A stretch of DNA of 38,257 nucleotides from an uncultured bacterium (GTDB lineage: Bacteria > Auribacterota > UBA6266): contig CBDURG010000001.1 of NCBI GenBank assembly GCA_965369805.1, positions 1-38,257 on the forward strand, written 5' to 3'. Numbering within the stretch: position 1 is the stretch's first letter; each line of letters begins with the position of its first letter. The notes beneath the pieces are model-generated. The model had not been told where the DNA came from. It saw nothing but the letters and a program-made list of their open reading frames with translations, and made no database searches. A program made the translations under genes and the position numbers. Below, in pieces: positions 36,306-38,257 of this stretch.

Positions 36306-38257
36306 ATGTATTCCTGTATCGGTTTCACGGAGATATTTTCTTTTATCATCATTTCAATCCCATTAACCGCTGCCTGAGCACCCTGCAAAGTTGTAATACA
36401 GGGGATTGCGTGCATTGCCGCGGTGCTTCTTATAGATTTCATATCTGATTGGCTTTTTTGTCCCGAGGGAGTATTAATTATAAGTTTAATTTCCCCCGTT
36501 CGCATCAGGTCAATAATACTATCTTCCTTGCTGCCAATTTTATGGACAGTTATGGTTTTAAGCCCGCTTGTTCTTAAAACCTTTGTCGTTCCACTCGTTG
36601 AATAAATCTCCAAGCCAAGATCCACAAGTTTTTTAGCAATAAAAACAATTGCTCTTTTATGTTCATCAGCAACACTTATAAAAACCTTCCCCGATTCCGG
36701 CAAACCAACTCCGGCAGATAACTGAGATTTCGCGAATGCCATGCCGAAATCCGCGTCTATCCCCATTACTTCACCCGTTGATTTCATCTCCGGCCCAAGG
36801 ACTATATCAACACCGGAAAATTTTAAAAAAGGCAATACCGATTCTTTTACAGCAAAATGAGAGATTATCTTTTCCTTTAAAAGTAATGCTTTAGGAAGTT
36901 TGCTTCCGGCCATAACTCTCGCGGCAATCCTGGCCAGCGGCACACCTGTGGCTTTGCTTACAAAAGGCACTGTTCTTGATGCCCTGGGATTTACTTCAAG
37001 AACATATATTATATTTTTCTTCACCGCGAATTGAATGTTTATAAGTCCGACTACAACAAGCTCTTTCGCAAGAGCCCTGGTATGTTCTTTTATTCTTTCA
37101 ATTATTGAATCACTTATAGTGTGAGGGGGTAAAACACAGGCTGAATCCCCTGAATGTATCCCTGCATATTCTATGTGTTCCATTATACCGCCGATAAAAG
37201 TGTTTTCTCCGTCTGATACAGCATCTACATCTATCTCTATAGCTCCCTCAATAAACTTATCAATCAAGACAGGATGGCCGGGAGATGCTTTAACAGCTTC
37301 GGACATAAAAGTTCTTATCCCTTTATCGTCATAAACAATTTTCATAGCTCTGCCTCCAAGGACATAGGAAGGCCTTACAAGAACAGGATAGCCAATGTTA
37401 TTTGCCTCTTTAACGGCTTCTTCTTTAGAATTCACGAAACCGTTTGGAGCCTGGCTTATACTTAACTTCACGAGAAGGTTTGAAAAAAGGTCTCTGTTTT
37501 CAGCTCTATCTATAGAGAAAACACTGGTGCCGATTATGGAAGCACCGGCTTTTTCGAGTTTTTTCGCGAGATTTAACGGAGTCTGTCCGCCAAACTGGAT
37601 AATAATCCCGTCCGGCTTTTCAACATCAACTATATTCATCACATCTTCAAATGTTAAAGGCTCAAAGTACAATTTGTCAGATGTATCGTAGTCAGTTGAA
37701 ACCGTTTCCGGATTGGAATTAACCATTATAGTTTCAAATCCCATTTCCTTTAGAGAAAATGAAGCCTGGCAGCAGCAGTAATCAAACTCTATCCCCTGCC
37801 CTATCCTGTTAGGGCCGCCGCCCAGTATCATAATTTTCTTCCGGCCGGAAGGCTTTGCTTCATTTTCTTCTTCATATGTCGAATAGTAATAAGGAGTGTA
37901 AGCTTCAAATTCCGCCGCGCAGGTATCAACAAGCTTATAAACAGCTTTTATATTTTTTATCTTACGAACCATGCGCACCGTCAATTCATTGCTGTTCGTA
38001 AAATCAGCGATCTGCTTATCGCTGAAGCCAAGCTGTTTGGCGTAAAGCAAAACCCCGCTGTCCAGGTTCTCAATTTGTCTGCCCTTTAATTCCTCTTCAA
38101 AATCCACTATCTGTTTAATATTTCCGACAAACCACGGATCAATACCGGATAACTTATAAATCTTTTCAACCGTAAAACCTTTCTGAAGGGCTTCTTTAAT
38201 AAAAAATATTCTTTCGGGAGTTGGGACAGACAGCCGGCCTTCTATTACCCTGTCATC
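36302..38257 (-). CDS. carB: carbamoyl-phosphate synthase large subunit, C-terminal ~650 aa (N-terminus beyond the right edge)
   Basis: The frame is open to 38257 (DDRVIEGRLSVPTPERIFFIKEAL...IDPWFVGNIKQIV). It includes the second ATP-grasp half (ILGGGPNRIGQGIEFDYC, EVNPRASRT) and the MGS-like allosteric domain. The track's M at 38107 is a GTG inside the gene. Confidence 0.93.
   Translation of the reverse strand, partial: DDRVIEGRLSVPTPERIFFIKEALQKGFTVEKIYKLSGIDPWFVGNIKQIVDFEEELKGRQIENLDSGVLLYAKQLGFSDKQIADFTNSNELTVRMVRKIKNIKAVYKLVDTCAAEFEAYTPYYYSTYEEENEAKPSGRKKIMILGGGPNRIGQGIEFDYCCCQASFSLKEMGFETIMVNSNPETVSTDYDTSDKLYFEPLTFEDVMNIVDVEKPDGIIIQFGGQTPLNLAKKLEKAGASIIGTSVFSIDRAENRDLFSNLLVKLSISQAPNGFVNSKEEAVKEANNIGYPVLVRPSYVLGGRAMKIVYDDKGIRTFMSEAVKASPGHPVLIDKFIEGAIEIDVDAVSDGENTFIGGIMEHIEYAGIHSGDSACVLPPHTISDSIIERIKEHTRALAKELVVVGLINIQFAVKKNIIYVLEVNPRASRTVPFVSKATGVPLARIAARVMAGSKLPKALLLKEKIISHFAVKESVLPFLKFSGVDIVLGPEMKSTGEVMGIDADFGMAFAKSQLSAGVGLPESGKVFISVADEHKRAIVFIAKKLVDLGLEIYSTSGTTKVLRTSGLKTITVHKIGSKEDSIIDLMRTGEIKLIINTPSGQKSQSDMKSIRSTAAMHAIPCITTLQGAQAAVNGIEMMIKENISVKPIQEYI

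Overview
AT-rich, almost fully coding chromosomal segment from what looks like an anaerobic diderm bacterium; I cannot assign a taxon. No rRNA, tRNA or CRISPR array was recognised. There are four blocks.

(1) 1-9.2 kb, housekeeping and accessory metabolism: MarR plus alpha/beta hydrolase plus a decayed MFS fragment, PPi-type phosphofructokinase, GT4 glycosyltransferase plus glycerate 2-kinase, and gdhA.

(2) 9.4-13.4 kb: nadE followed by an overlapping oxidative-stress operon (flavin-reductase/rubredoxin fusion, 1Fe superoxide reductase, rubrerythrin, Ogg-type 8-oxoG glycosylase).

(3) 13.5-28.1 kb, all on the minus strand, a nitrogen-assimilation supercluster: porin-amtB-PII, type III glutamine synthetase, and gltB-gltD. 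gltD is followed, tightly coupled, by an uncharacterised 871-aa KaiC-like/PEP-utilising ATP-grasp protein and a GAF-ANTAR antiterminator.

(4) 28.1-33.3 kb, an accessory island: RHH antitoxin with a decayed toxin, a group II intron, a MutH/Sau3AI-like nuclease plus DpnA-like m6A methyltransferase, a truncated radC and a pRiA4b-ORF3-like gene. It is followed by a MATE exporter, purF and partial carB.

Most interesting signals:
- The gdhA, glnA and porin-amtB units each have a CTTGACA-type promoter and a long leader containing an intrinsic terminator. gdhA and glnA also carry a hexaloop hairpin with A1/G4. This fits an ANTAR antitermination regulon whose regulator sits at the end of the gltBD operon next to the unknown 871-aa protein.
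- A roughly 52-78 nt structured, terminator-like repeat occurs in three near-identical copies. One copy is the homing site of the group II intron, two inverted copies bracket the GATC-type R-M cassette, and one marks the radC truncation point.

All functional calls come from by-eye motif recognition. No database search was run.
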